From the IMG/VR virus record IMGVR_UViG_2061766007_002077: 64,000 bases of DNA; one strand, 5' to 3'. The notes under the pieces are model-generated. The model was given only the letters and a program-made list of their open reading frames with translations. It searched no databases and was not told the DNA's origin. The DNA is from an uncultured virus (IMG/VR IMGVR_UViG_2061766007_002077) (Duplodnaviria > Heunggongvirae > Uroviricota > Caudoviricetes). How positions within the stretch are numbered: position 1 is the first letter of the stretch; each line of letters begins with the position of its first letter. Below, piece after piece: positions 32,979-43,915 of this stretch. A program made the translations under genes and the position numbers.

Positions 32979-35119
32979 TTATGATTTCTTGGACTTTTTA
33001 GGCTTCTTATACTTGAATCCTTCCTTCAATCTTCCATCATTCCTGCTGTGCTGTGAATCAAGAACTTCAAGCATGACATCAATATGAGGATTCTCAGTAT
33101 TGAATACCTCGATATGCTGTCCTCTTGCAGAGTAATTATTTACTGCACATTCTTCAAGAATGTTGAAGTAGATGTCATCCCTTTCAGCCTTATACTTCTC
33201 ATAAAGAACCTTCTCTCTAAGAATCTGTTCCTTGGTTTTAGGCCTTCTCTCATACTCTCTGAGTCTGTCCTCAAGAGTCATACCTCTGCGGGTTCTGGAC
33301 TCCAGTGTAGGTTCCTCTCCACCGGTTTCCTCACCGCCGCCGGTGTCCTCTCCACCTCCAAGGTCAAGGTCTTCACCACCCCCACCAAGGTCAAGGTCAC
33401 CGCCACCACCTCCAAGGTCAATATCAATGTCATTACCACCACCGGAACCACNNNNNNNNNNNNNNNNNNNNNNNNNNNNNNGTTGATGTTGACATAATAT
33501 TTTGCATCCCTTGTCCACTTCATGAGGTCTCCAGGGTCAAGGAATGTGTATTTTCCGATTATATCTCTGATGATATCAGCAGGAAGTGGTTCATCCTCGT
33601 CAGCACCGATTGCAGCCTTGACAAGTCCGATAACACTGTTGGCCGTGTCAATTGAGTTCTTCTTTGCATTATTGAAATCCTCATCTTCCTCAACTGCAGG
33701 GTATCTCATTGAGAGAGTGAACGGAATTCTGAAATCATAGATTCCGGTGATTGCGAAATGAATTCTGAACAGGTCTGCAAGACCTTCAAGGAAGGCACTC
33801 TGTAAATAGAAGCACTTTCTTGCGAATGGCTTGAACTGCTGAATCAAGGACTTACCGCTATGACCCAGGGCCTTCCAACCCTCATCACCATAGAAGGACT
33901 TGGGAATACCAAGGGCAACTGCGGTTCTGTCCTGATAGAGCTTGATATCATCAACTGAATCTGTATTTGATTCCTGGGCCTTCTTGACATCAATAGTGAT
34001 AAGGTCCTTAGGAATCCAAATCTTTGTATTGACAGTGTAAACCTCGGAGTTACCGACTTTCTGACTTACACCGATGTTGTCAAATTCCTCTCTTACTCTG
34101 TTGACAAGAGCGAACTGAGAGGCCTCATCCATGTTCTCGTCTGTTTTCACCTCAAAGGTGGTGATTGGGAAATTCATCTCCCTAGCGAGTGCTTGGAGAG
34201 CGATTGCAGATTGTGTCTGCTTGTAAGGAGCAAGAGCTCCGATGATTGGGGAAGTTCCCCAAGGATAGAACTGACTGCCCTCAGCACCGACTCTGAAGTG
34301 AGTGACAGACCATGCAGGAACTGTAAGGTCATTGTCAATGTTGAATCCGAAAAGTTTGGTGTCAAACAAATCAGCGAAACTGTTTTCCTCACTCAGAGAC
34401 TGGAGCATCTGATCAATGAGATAATTGTTGGAGGCGAATCCACCGAAGAATCCTTCTCTCCTTTTCTTCATCTCAAGGGCCTTGATTGGATTGAACTCGA
34501 TTCTCTCTGATACCTGGACCTGCTGTAATGGAATGATTCTCTCCACTCCCTTCTCAGTTACAGTATTTGCCCAGAAGGCATCTCCATAAATACCAAGTTG
34601 TCTTATTGTTTCCCTAACCCTAGTCTGTGTGATACCCCACTGATTGAGGAGTTTATACATATCCTTGGTCATTCTTGCATCAGGAGTCTCGATGTTTATG
34701 AGAGTATCCTGTTGGTCAAGCTGGGTGCACTCGTCAGCATACAAATCAACGGTTCTGCCTGCGTATGGGTCATTGAGAACCATATACTCCAGCTGACTAA
34801 TCCTAGCCATTCTCTCCTGGAGGTCTTCGTATCTTGTTGTATTATCTGTAAGCCAAATATTGAAAAGCTGTTCAAGCTTCTCACTCATTGGGCCTTGGAG
34901 ATTAGGGGCGTTGTTTATGAAGGCCTGTCCGATTCTCTGTTCCTTGGCGCCAAGGTCCACTTTGGTGAATTCAATTTTTCCACCACTAGCATTACTCTTG
35001 GCCCTTCTCCAACCGAATAATGTTGAAAGGAATGAGGAGAATCCTGAGGACTTAATAGCGGAAGAATCTGGTAGTTGAGTCATTCCGTTTTTGTCATTGT
35101 TTAAATCAAGTTCTGCCAT
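32979..35119 (-). CDS. Portal protein, T4 gp20-like (C-terminus in ORF 32979..33518 after gap)
   Basis: VDLYADEC, YGDAF, VTHFR, YPWGTSPI, VDDIKLYQD..AVALGIPKSF; GGGDLDL tail. Confidence 0.88.
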
Positions 35120-35164
35120 ATTATGCGTAAATCCAATCTTAATAATTAGTATTTATAGGCACTA

Positions 35165-35401
35165 TTAATAAATGGAACGTGTCTTTCCACTAGGTCTGAT
35201 ATTCATTCTCTCATTTATGAATGAGGTATCCTGTATATTGTTTGACCTGTCACTTTCAGCCNNNNNNNNNNNNNNNNNNNNNNNNNNNNNNNNNNNNTTC
35301 GTTCCACAAGAACAAATCAAACCGGTATTTGATATCTCGTCAGCAGGAACATTTATGGTCTTTGTTTCCTTACATTTAGGACATATAAACCTATAAAGCA
35401 T
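35165..35401 (-). CDS. FmdB-like zinc-ribbon protein
   Basis: MLYRFICPKC...ICSCG. Confidence 0.65.
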   Translation of the reverse strand: MLYRFICPKCKETKTINVPADEISNTGLICSCGTXXXXXXXXXXXXXAESDRSNNIQDTSFINERMNIRPSGKTRSIY

Positions 35402-35851
35402 TTATTGTTTTTCCTTGTTTTCCTTGTTTATTATTTCAATCACTTCGTCNNNNNNNNNNNNNNNNNNNNNNNNNNNNNNNNNNNNNNNNNNNNNNNNNNN
35501 NCTTATAATATAAAGCTGAGAATTACCCCATATGAAAACTCTTTTATCATTTCTGCCGAAATCAACCCCTATGGCAAATACACTTATGCCATTTCCTTCC
35601 ATAATCTCATAGGACTTTATGAGATTGTTTATCTGATGTTCCTCCAGCCTGTTGAAATTGAAGGACTCCACCTTGCTCAGCCACTTGCTTTCCCAAGCCC
35701 AGAACTTTCCCTTGTATAGACCGAAAACATCATATGGATTCTTGCTATGGAATCCCGTTATGGTGGAGCGCTCATCAGGAATCTTGAATCCATACCCACC
35801 TTGGGAATTGAATGATTTGGTCACAATGGTATTGAAATCTGATTCCAGCAT
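35402..35851 (-). CDS. RecU-like Holliday junction resolvase (PD-(D/E)XK)
   Basis: ESDF, FKIPD, NPYD..G, AWESK, LEEHQINNL. Confidence 0.75.
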   Translation of the reverse strand: MLESDFNTIVTKSFNSQGGYGFKIPDERSTITGFHSKNPYDVFGLYKGKFWAWESKWLSKVESFNFNRLEEHQINNLIKSYEIMEGNGISVFAIGVDFGRNDKRVFIWGNSQLYIIXXXXXXXXXXXXXXXXXXDEVIEIINKENKEKQ

Positions 35852-35953
35852 ATAGAATTAGTCCTCAACCCACCTTTTTCAACAAATCATGAATCAACAG
35901 TTGACATAATCCAGAAAATGTTATATATTATATATGTAAAGGAGAAAATACTT

Positions 35954-36394
35954 ATGAACTATGTCATTCTTCATGGAACACCAGACAAAATTGAGAAAGG
36001 ATATATCAGTGATGATGCAATTTATGCCACATTTTTTGAGGGTGACAGACACATCACATGGGACTATAAGCAGTCTTTAACAGAGGATGCGGAGCGTGTC
36101 CTGGTGGATGGAAATTATTTCAGTGAAGAGGATGATGGTGTCAATGACAGTTCATGGACAGAGGAAAAGAGAAATCTTGTCCATGACAAGTGGTTGGGTC
36201 TCATTGACATCATTGACAAGCAGTTAGAGGAGAAAGGAAGATTTGACATTGAACTCATAAATTATTTCTCTTCTGACAGTTCAGACGATTACAAAAAGAC
36301 AATCATTTCCTATCTCAATGATCTCATTAATCAAATCAAAAATGATGAGATTAGTGTAGAGAATCTGGTTAATCTAATCGAAAATATTCAATAA
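35954..36394 (+). CDS. Early hypothetical protein
   Basis: Early promoter at 35901 plus AAGGAG RBS. Confidence 0.7.
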   Translation: MNYVILHGTPDKIEKGYISDDAIYATFFEGDRHITWDYKQSLTEDAERVLVDGNYFSEEDDGVNDSSWTEEKRNLVHDKWLGLIDIIDKQLEEKGRFDIELINYFSSDSSDDYKKTIISYLNDLINQIKNDEISVENLVNLIENIQ

Positions 36395-36450
36395 GTCTAT
36401 TGACAGGAAATCTCTGATATGTTATCATAAGAATGTAAGGAGAAAAAGAT

Positions 36451-36910
36451 ATGTCTAAGTATGGTTATCTAAAATGTAAGTGTTCAGACCCTGGCAGTGA
36501 TTATATTGAAAGTCACGAAATTCTTGATGTTGATGAAACTGGTTTCACAGTAGGAATCAGAAGGGAAACAGAATACTTCTATAATGGGGGTGTCTCAACT
36601 GATGGTCTTGAGGAAAAGATGGTCAAGGAAGAAAAAGNNNNNNNNNNNNNNNNNNNNNNNNNNNNNNNNNAAAATTTGAATCCACCCCGTGCTATTCTTT
36701 ATTCCATAGAAAGAATAAATGTTCCTCTTGATTTTGTCAAGGAACATTCCAATGACAACTATAACAATGGCTACTACATNNNNNNNNNNNNNNNNNNNNN
36801 NNNNNNNNNNNNNNNNNNNNNNNNNNNNNNNNNNNNNNNNNNNNNNNNNNNNNGTCTATTGGGGTGAGGAGCCCACGAATTGTGTGACACATACTTGGTC
36901 ATTGGATTAA
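36451..36910 (+). CDS. Early hypothetical protein (N gaps)
   Basis: Early promoter at 36400 plus RBS. Confidence 0.6.
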
Positions 36911-36978
36911 AAAGTGAATTAGAAGACTTGACAAAGAGTTCCTTATATGTTACTCTTATAGTGTAAGGAGACAAAGAC

Positions 36979-37371
36979 ATGACAAACACCAATGTTCAGA
37001 ACGAAAAGCTTGAAGTCGGAGACATCATCGCCGCAAAGTCCACATATGGGTGGGAGTTCTGTGGATACACCTTCTATAAGGTAACAAAGACCACACCTTC
37101 TATGGTCACTCTTGTTGAGCTTCAGCATGAGACACTTTATGATGACGGAAAGACAGGTCCTCACTACTATGATGACCCTTATCACGTTGCTCCCAAGATG
37201 GACAAGACAGGACATTGGGTAGAGGCTGAGGGTAGCCAGTGGAATCCCTCCACAATCCGCAGGAAGGTCACCTACACAAAGCAGGGCCTTCCCAAGGTGA
37301 AGGTTGATTATGACAAGATTTCCTATGGTGTCTGGGACGGAAAGCCCTTGGAGGCATGGAATCTTCATTGA
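36979..37371 (+). CDS. Early protein, VGDI...GW...WDGK family; paralog of last module of 10446..14040
   Basis: Early promoter at 36928; direct motif alignment. Confidence 0.75.
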   Translation: MTNTNVQNEKLEVGDIIAAKSTYGWEFCGYTFYKVTKTTPSMVTLVELQHETLYDDGKTGPHYYDDPYHVAPKMDKTGHWVEAEGSQWNPSTIRRKVTYTKQGLPKVKVDYDKISYGVWDGKPLEAWNLH

Positions 37372-37395
37372 GATAATTATTATAGGAGAAATGAT

Positions 37396-37785
37396 ATGAG
37401 TTCAGTCAGCAGAGTACGATACATCAAGGATTTTGATGGTCACAAGTTCGGTGTCATGGAGCTTATCTATGACAAGGGAAAGTTCGGACTGGGTATGTCT
37501 CTTTGCAACACAAAGATAGACAAGTTCGACAGGGACAAGGGAAAGGAGCTCGCACATCAGAGAGCTGTTGAGTGCAGGGAGAAGAATCCTCTCCTTCTAA
37601 GAGATTTAGGGAATCTCAGCGTCTATGACATTGAGACAAGAAGCGGATGTGTAATCCCTATGGGCTCAAGAGCGGGGGACCCTCTCTTTGAGAAGGTTAT
37701 CATCGTTCTTCATTCCCTTGAGTGTCTTACCAATGATATGGTTTACACTCTGGCACTTTCCAAGGTCAGGGCAGAGACCATATAA
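37396..37785 (+). CDS. Hypothetical phage protein
   Basis: GMSLCN..DKFDRDKGKELA..RA motif; AGGAG RBS. Confidence 0.7.
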   Translation: MSSVSRVRYIKDFDGHKFGVMELIYDKGKFGLGMSLCNTKIDKFDRDKGKELAHQRAVECREKNPLLLRDLGNLSVYDIETRSGCVIPMGSRAGDPLFEKVIIVLHSLECLTNDMVYTLALSKVRAETI

Positions 37786-37837
37786 AGGAGACAATGGTCT
37801 ATGATGATTGGAGAGAGTAAATCTCTCCATAATTTCT

Positions 37838-37962
37838 GGGGGTATATCGGTATTCGACCAGTAAGGTGATTAGGAGAGACGAAAGGCCCATGCTACGAAA
37901 TCCCCTGTTCCCTAATAAGGACGCACTGAACTGACACAGAGGTTCGACTCCTCTTACCTCCA
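37838..37962 (+). ncRNA. ssrA: Minimal tmRNA-like RNA (tRNA-like domain intact, mRNA domain greatly reduced)
   Basis: GGGGGTA/TACCTCC-A acceptor stem with G3-U70; GGTATTCGAC D-loop motif; CAGT/ACTG helix; AGAGG-TTCGACT-CCTCT T-arm. Confidence 0.75.
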
Positions 37963-37988
37963 TAAAAAAGATAAGGAAGTGAAAGCAA

Positions 37989-38525
37989 ATGATAGAAATA
38001 GTCAACACACAGATTCTGTATGAGTCAGAAGACGGAAAAAGATGGTCAAGTAAGATTCAGTGCGAATCCTGGGAAGCAAGATGTAAGGCAGAGAAGGCCA
38101 TGAAAGAACAGAAACACTCTCTTGATGAGTTCTGTCACAGTATTATCAAGTTATATAATCCGACCCCAGGATATCTCAGCACACCATATCGTGAGGTTGG
38201 TGATGGAGACTGGTATGTGGTATGGCCTCTGACCCAGGAGCATATTGACTTGTTGAATGTCTATATCAACTTCTGGAGAGAGGTTGAGGAAGTCAGTGTT
38301 ATATTCTACAAGGACCTTGATGGATTCAAGATTGACAGACCATACATAATGATTCAAGACTTCAATAATGAGTACATATGGTTCGGTGAGCCTGACACAA
38401 TCATACAGACTGTAGAGAACAGAATGAGGGAAGACCTTGATGATTTCAAGGAGAACATCAAAGATGTAGAGGAAATGTATGTCAAGTGGGACAGACAGAA
38501 GCTGCAGATTCCTAAGTACAAATAA
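37989..38525 (+). CDS. Hypothetical protein
   Basis: YESEDGKRWSSKIQCESWE N-terminal motif common in phage proteins. Confidence 0.65.
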   Translation: MIEIVNTQILYESEDGKRWSSKIQCESWEARCKAEKAMKEQKHSLDEFCHSIIKLYNPTPGYLSTPYREVGDGDWYVVWPLTQEHIDLLNVYINFWREVEEVSVIFYKDLDGFKIDRPYIMIQDFNNEYIWFGEPDTIIQTVENRMREDLDDFKENIKDVEEMYVKWDRQKLQIPKYK

Positions 38526-38586
38526 GAAAAAGTATTGACAGAAAATTCTATACATTGTATAATGTACTTGTAAGGAGAAAAGAGAT

Positions 38587-38793
38587 ATGGGAAGCACTAT
38601 CAGATACGCAATCTATTCCAAGCACAAGAGCTTCAAGAGAGCCCGATTTGTTGGGGTATCAACCGAAGATTTTGAGGAAGCAAAGAATATAGTCGAGCAT
38701 CAGAGAACTTCTCAGTGTGCAAAGCTTTGTTATGACTGGTTCAAGGTCAAGAACATCATTACCAACAAGTATATCTATGAGGTAAGACCTTAA
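38587..38793 (+). CDS. Small early protein
   Basis: TTGACA-17-TATAAT at 38535 plus RBS. Confidence 0.65.
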   Translation: MGSTIRYAIYSKHKSFKRARFVGVSTEDFEEAKNIVEHQRTSQCAKLCYDWFKVKNIITNKYIYEVRP

Positions 38794-38883
38794 CAAAAAC
38801 ACAAATGCCTTGGGCATTGTAGATTGGGACACATTTTTCAGCGAATATTAACTAACTATTTATATAGTTAAAGGACACTTACA

Positions 38884-39280
38884 ATGGCGGATAAAACTTG
38901 GAAAAATAACAATACCCTTATATCTTTAAGAGAAGGTAAAAATCTTACTGAAGAAGAAAAGAAAGATAATGACATCTTCAATGAAATCTGTACTTTCTCC
39001 ATAGATAATGGGGGTGTATGNNNNNNNNNNNNNNNNNNNNNNNNNNNNNNNNNNNNNNNNNNNNNNNNNNNNNNNNNNNNNNNNNNNNNNNNNNNNNNNN
39101 NNNNNNNNNNNNNNNNNNNNNNNNNNNNNNNNNNNNNNNNNNNNNNNNNNNNNNNNNNNNNNNNNCCACAAATGGAAGGTAGATTGGGTAAGCAAGATTA
39201 AGAAACTCCATACCTTGCCACAGACTTCACAGAGAACGAAGTTCTGGAGAGGTCTTATAGACGAATACCCAAATAATTGA
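38884..39280 (+). CDS. Small protein with WKxNN-LRE leader
   Basis: MADKTWKNNNTLISLRE; ACTAACT at 38851. Confidence 0.6.
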
Positions 39281-39451
39281 GAATATCAAGACNNNNNNNN
39301 NNNNNNNNNNNNNNNNNNNNNNNNNNNNNNNNNNNNNNNNNNNNNNNNNNNNNNNNNNNNNNNNNNNNNNNNNNNNNNNNNNNNNNNNNNNNNNNNNNNN
39401 NNNNNNNNNNNNNNNNNNNNNNNNNNNNNNNNNNNNNNNNNNNNNNNNNNN

Positions 39452-39692
39452 CTGGTTCTACAGAGTTGTCGGTGAGGATGGAGTCATTTACACCGTCAGC
39501 ACTTCCAAGGAGATTTGGGCAGGTGATAAGTTCATCGCTTCTGTCACCGGTGAGACTGAGTTCCGTGGTGAGAATCAGACCAAACTCTCAAGGGTCTCAA
39601 TCCTTGAGGTCGGACCCAACAGACCCAAGTATAAGGGAACTCCTTACATCGGAGGAATCATTTCCACAGAGGGTGACTTCGGAGGATATTGA
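39452..39692 (+). CDS. C-terminal part of a possible OB-fold protein (start in gap; not in ORF track)
   Basis: Frame WFYRVVGEDGVIY...ETEFRGENQTKLSRV...GGY*. Confidence 0.45.
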
Positions 39693-39951
39693 TATGGTCT
39701 ATAACGTTTATTCAAAATCCAATGATGGAAGTAACCCTTGGTATCACGGGACAATTGAAGCTTCTTCCTTTGAAGATGCATGCAAGGGTCTGGCACAGAT
39801 TGACAGAGAATTTGCCTGTGACTTTGACTTCAAGACAATGACCTTCTGCGGAAGAAAGCTGTTCAATAAAATAGATTTTGACAAGCTCCCTTCCGCTGGA
39901 TACATAAGAGAAGACGGAGTAACAGTAGTTACTACTGAATGGGAAGCATAA
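39693..39951 (+). CDS. Hypothetical protein
   Basis: GGAGG RBS then MVYNVYS...YHGTIEASSFEDAC. Confidence 0.55.
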
Positions 39952-39996
39952 ATTTCTTTATTTAAAGAAAAATCAGCTTATAATATAAGTACATAT

Positions 39997-40068
39997 GGAC
40001 GGTTCGTCTAGTGGTCAGGACATCGGGTTTTCATCCCGGCAACAGGAGTTCAATTCTCCTACCGTCTG
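39997..40068 (+). tRNA. tRNA-Glu (TTC)
   Basis: GGACGGT/ACCGTCT acceptor, GTCTAGTGGTCAGGAC D-arm, TCGGG-TTTTCAT-CCCGG anticodon arm, AGGAG-TTCAATT-CTCCT T-arm; no encoded CCA. Confidence 0.92.
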
Positions 40069-40168
40069 ATTACTCCAATATATAGGATACCACTGAGGAT
40101 AGAGGTAAAAGGCAGGCATTTTAAAAAATAAACCCCACATTTCTGTGGGGTATTTTTTTGTCTTATGA

Positions 40169-40525
40169 TTATCTATCAAAGAAATTATCGTGGTATTCCT
40201 CATAGGAGGATTCACTTATCTCAGATGAAACAGCATCACTCTCCTCAGCGATATCCTCCACCCATTTCTCTATATCTAAGTTATCTTCTGATTTATAGTT
40301 GATGCTGAGATATTTGATTACCTTGATTTTATCATCACCAACTTTACTGATGGTGAACATATCATAATTGGAACTCTCCTTAAGCCAATCAAAGATATCG
40401 TCTCTTTCTTCCTTTGTATTGTAGGAAAAAATTACCTTATAGTAAAAATCCTCATATTCGTATCCTTGATACTCATATCTAGCTTCTCTAAGGAGCATAT
40501 TGCAATCTTTCCAAGCTTTCTTCAT
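40169..40525 (-). CDS. Small acidic protein with WK-N-LLRE leader
   Basis: MKKAWKDCNMLLRE; body resembles 50802..51302. Confidence 0.7.
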   Translation of the reverse strand: MKKAWKDCNMLLREARYEYQGYEYEDFYYKVIFSYNTKEERDDIFDWLKESSNYDMFTISKVGDDKIKVIKYLSINYKSEDNLDIEKWVEDIAEESDAVSSEISESSYEEYHDNFFDR

Positions 40526-40532
40526 ATAAACC

Positions 40533-41734
40533 TCACCAGTATCTCTCGTCTATACCAGCTCTGACTGTATCAACTTCAAGCCTATCAAGAGGAACTTTCC
40601 TTACTGCTCCCCCATCTGTCTTTATCTTGGCTGTCTCTGTGGCGTCATCAACTGATATGACTTCAACATCTTGGACATCACCATTCTGTAAGTTCCAGAT
40701 AACCACCATACCAGGAGCAATAGGATTCTCTTTAAGATAGGACTTTCTTGCTCTTGCCCTTGTATCATAGAGTTCAGAGGACTGTGGAAATCCTGAACTC
40801 ATAATTTTTGCTGAAACCTTAACAAGGTTCTCAGCTTCATCAAATATAGGCTTTACTCTTGCAGCAAAATCTTTGGCAAGCTGCTTAAGCTTGGCTAGCC
40901 CTTCTTCATATGAAGTGAAATCCTCTTCAAGAAGCGGATAATAAGTATCTTTATTTCTGAGAGAATCCATCACTCTGGAGACAACATCTCTGAGAACCGT
41001 ATTTCTGAATGACTCATACCTTGAACTGCTATTGACATCCCTATCATAAAATGTACGATATAACGAGAATGTTCTCAGTATATATTCTTTACCATCTTTC
41101 TTGAAACAGAGATTCTTCTCACCATCATCAGACCTGGAATATCTGGAATCCTTTGTATNNNNNNNNNNNNNNNNNNNNNNNNNNNNNNNNNNNNNNNNNN
41201 NNGCCTGTCAAAGCACTCTTTAAGCTTCTCTTTCTTACTTGCGATAAGGTCATCCCTCTTGTCATCCTTTACATAATATCTGGTTCTGAGATAGTCAAGT
41301 TCTTTTCTGTCCTGGGCATAATCCTCACGGAACTTCTTGCTTTCCCTATAACCCATTATGGGAGAATCCTTGACAAAGATATCCTCTGAGTAGACCGCAT
41401 TAATGCAGAATCTGTCCATGTCAGCGGAATACTCGTTCTTTGTCTCACCAAAGTCGGCATTGACATCTTCTAAGGCGTATGATGCTTCACTGAAATCTGT
41501 AAACACAGAAGCATCATCTATAGTATCTCCCCACCATGCATCATCAGAGTACTTTGTATCATATCCTATACCTTCCGGATTATCAAGAAGATATTTTCCT
41601 GTCTGTGTATCCCTTATGATATAGGCAATAGGGTCTTTCTTTATGGAATAAAGGGACCTTTCCTTGAATCTCAGTGATCTCTTGATTTCTTTTCCCTCTA
41701 AGGACTTGATTTCTCCCCAGCTCTTTTTTTTCAT
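40533..41734 (-). CDS. About 400-aa multi-module protein with C-terminal SH3-like segment (one gene across N gap)
   Basis: The frame TKDSRYSRSDDGEK... runs into MMDSLRN; leader MKKKSW...RFKE; internal YRESKKFRED. Confidence 0.6.
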
Positions 41735-41784
41735 TTTTTCCTCACAAAAATGGGCTTAGGGGAGTTTTCACTCCCCTTTATCTA

Positions 41785-43541
41785 TTAACCCAGAAAACCG
41801 TCTCTGATAAGAGCCTTGAAGTCAAGTTCTTCTCTTTCTTCCATTTTCTCAACGAATCTGTTATTTGACCAAGAATTAGACTTTCCATTGCTTGATGGTC
41901 TGCTGCTTGTTCTTACAGAACTTCTGAGAGCCTCATCAAATCTGGACTTACCAGCTGATACGCCGTGATTCTCATTGTTCCTTATGACAGATTCTCTGAA
42001 ATTCTTGATTGCCTTTCTTCTTGATTCCTGTGCCTTCTCATAGGCCTCGACCATGTTCTCTTCCTCTGAGCCGGCTGGGAACTTCACAGCGCTGTAATCA
42101 ACTTCCTCTGTGAGCTTGTCAGCCTTGACCTTCTTGGACTCATCGAAGTATTCCTCAGTTGCGATATCACCGGCATAATAGTCATTCATGAATCCATAAA
42201 GAGCATCAGATGCGTTGTCCTTCAACCAGTCAACAAGACAATAAAGGACGGATTCCGCACCATAACTCTCAGTAAGGTCTGCGATGAGCTCAGCACCCTC
42301 ATCCTTACCATATCCGTTGAAGGAATCCTCAGATTCCTTAATCTTCTTGTTCTCTCTGACAAGAGGAAGTTCTCTGGCAACTTTCTTCTCACCGAATCTC
42401 TTCTTGGGGAACTTGCAAGGAACTCTTACAAGGGATTCCTCATAGTCTTCTTCCTCAGGAACATCAGCGAACTGGTCAAGAACTTCATCACCTGTCTTGG
42501 CATAAGCACCTTTTGTCTCGATTGCATCAAGGTCAAGTGGAATCTCACCCTCATCTTCTTCATCACCTTCCTCGACATCGAGAAGGTCTTCATCATTGGC
42601 CTCATCCTCTGGGTCAATTGCATCAAAGAAGTCAGCAGAAGCTCTGAGAGCATCAGCTACTTGTGCAGGATGTGCATCTTCATCTGCCAAATATCCATCT
42701 ATTTTACTAAGGAAGTCCTGAACCGCTGGGTCATCTTCGTCAATAGCGACTTCACCATCAAGACCAGGAACATCACCCTCTCCGTCAATGTCAAGGAGTG
42801 CAGGGTCAATGTCACCCTCAATCTCTCCATCCATTCCAGGAGGGAGGTCATCTGGAAGGTCATCAGCATTACCAGCGACTTCAGCTGGGTCTTCAGAAAT
42901 AACCTTATCCTCAACACCTTCTATAAGTGTCTCACCCTCAACCTTGATTGCGTGGTCAATCATATCAAGTCTTGGCTGTTCATGCTTCTCAGCAGTATCC
43001 TTTCCAGCCTGATAGTCCTCGTCAGAGGAATCACCCTTACCATAATCGTCCTGACCCTCAACTTCGGAATTATCTGTGAAGACATCCTCTGTGAGCTTTC
43101 CACCTACAGACTTCTTGGACTCCAACTGAGGAGCAGGTTCTTCACCCTCTTCTGCAGGAGCTTCTTCTGTAGCACCCTCAACTGGGATATCATCACCTTC
43201 GGCGGAATTATCAGCAACAAGTTCCTCTTCCTGTGCGGCCTGTACATCCGGAGAAAGATTGGCAACCTCCTGGTCACCTGTTGCCTGAGCCACAGCGGCA
43301 CCAAGCTGGTCAACTGGAATCTGAACCTGGACTGAAACTGTCTCAGGATTCACCTCAACACCACTGTCAGCGGCAGCCNNNNNNNNNNNNNNNNNNNNNN
43401 NNNNNNNNNGCCTCATCAACTGCTGGAACGGCCTCTGTGGGAGCGGCCTGTGCGACCTCAGCATCAGTTGCTGGAATAGCCTGTGCCTGAGTTTCATTCT
43501 GGTCGATTAACTCAGCTTCCTTAAATCTTTTCTTTGTTTTT
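41785..43541 (-). CDS. Very acidic low-complexity protein, prohead-core/internal-protein-like (start in gap)
   Basis: KKRFKEAE, LESKK, LTED, YEES, IKES, FDESKK, LTEE, FRES; highly biased codons. Confidence 0.6.
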
Positions 43542-43915
43542 NNNNNNNNNNNNNNNNNNNNNNNNNNNNNNNNNNNNNNNNNNNNNNNNNNNNNNNNNNN
43601 NNNNNNNNNNNNNNNNNNNNNNNNNNNNNNNNNNNNNNNNNNNNNNNNNNNNNNNNNNNNNNNNNNNNNNNNNNNNNNNNNNNNNNNNNNNNNNNNNNNN
43701 NNNNNNNNNNNNNNNNNNNNNNNNNNNNNNNNNNNNNNNNNNNNNNNNNNNNNNNNNNNNNNNNNNNNNNNNNNNNNNNNNNNNNNNNNNNNNNNNNNNN
43801 NNNNNNNNNNNNNNNNNNNNNNNNNNNNNNNNNNNNNNNNNNNNNNNNNNNNNNNNNNNNNNNNNNNNNNNNNNNNNNNNNNNNNNNNNNNNNNNNNNNN
43901 NNNNNNNNNNNNGAT

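Noticed and set aside
33300..33451. CCACC/GGTCAAGGTC nucleotide repeats
   Set aside because: Explained by the GGGDLDL low-complexity tail of the portal protein
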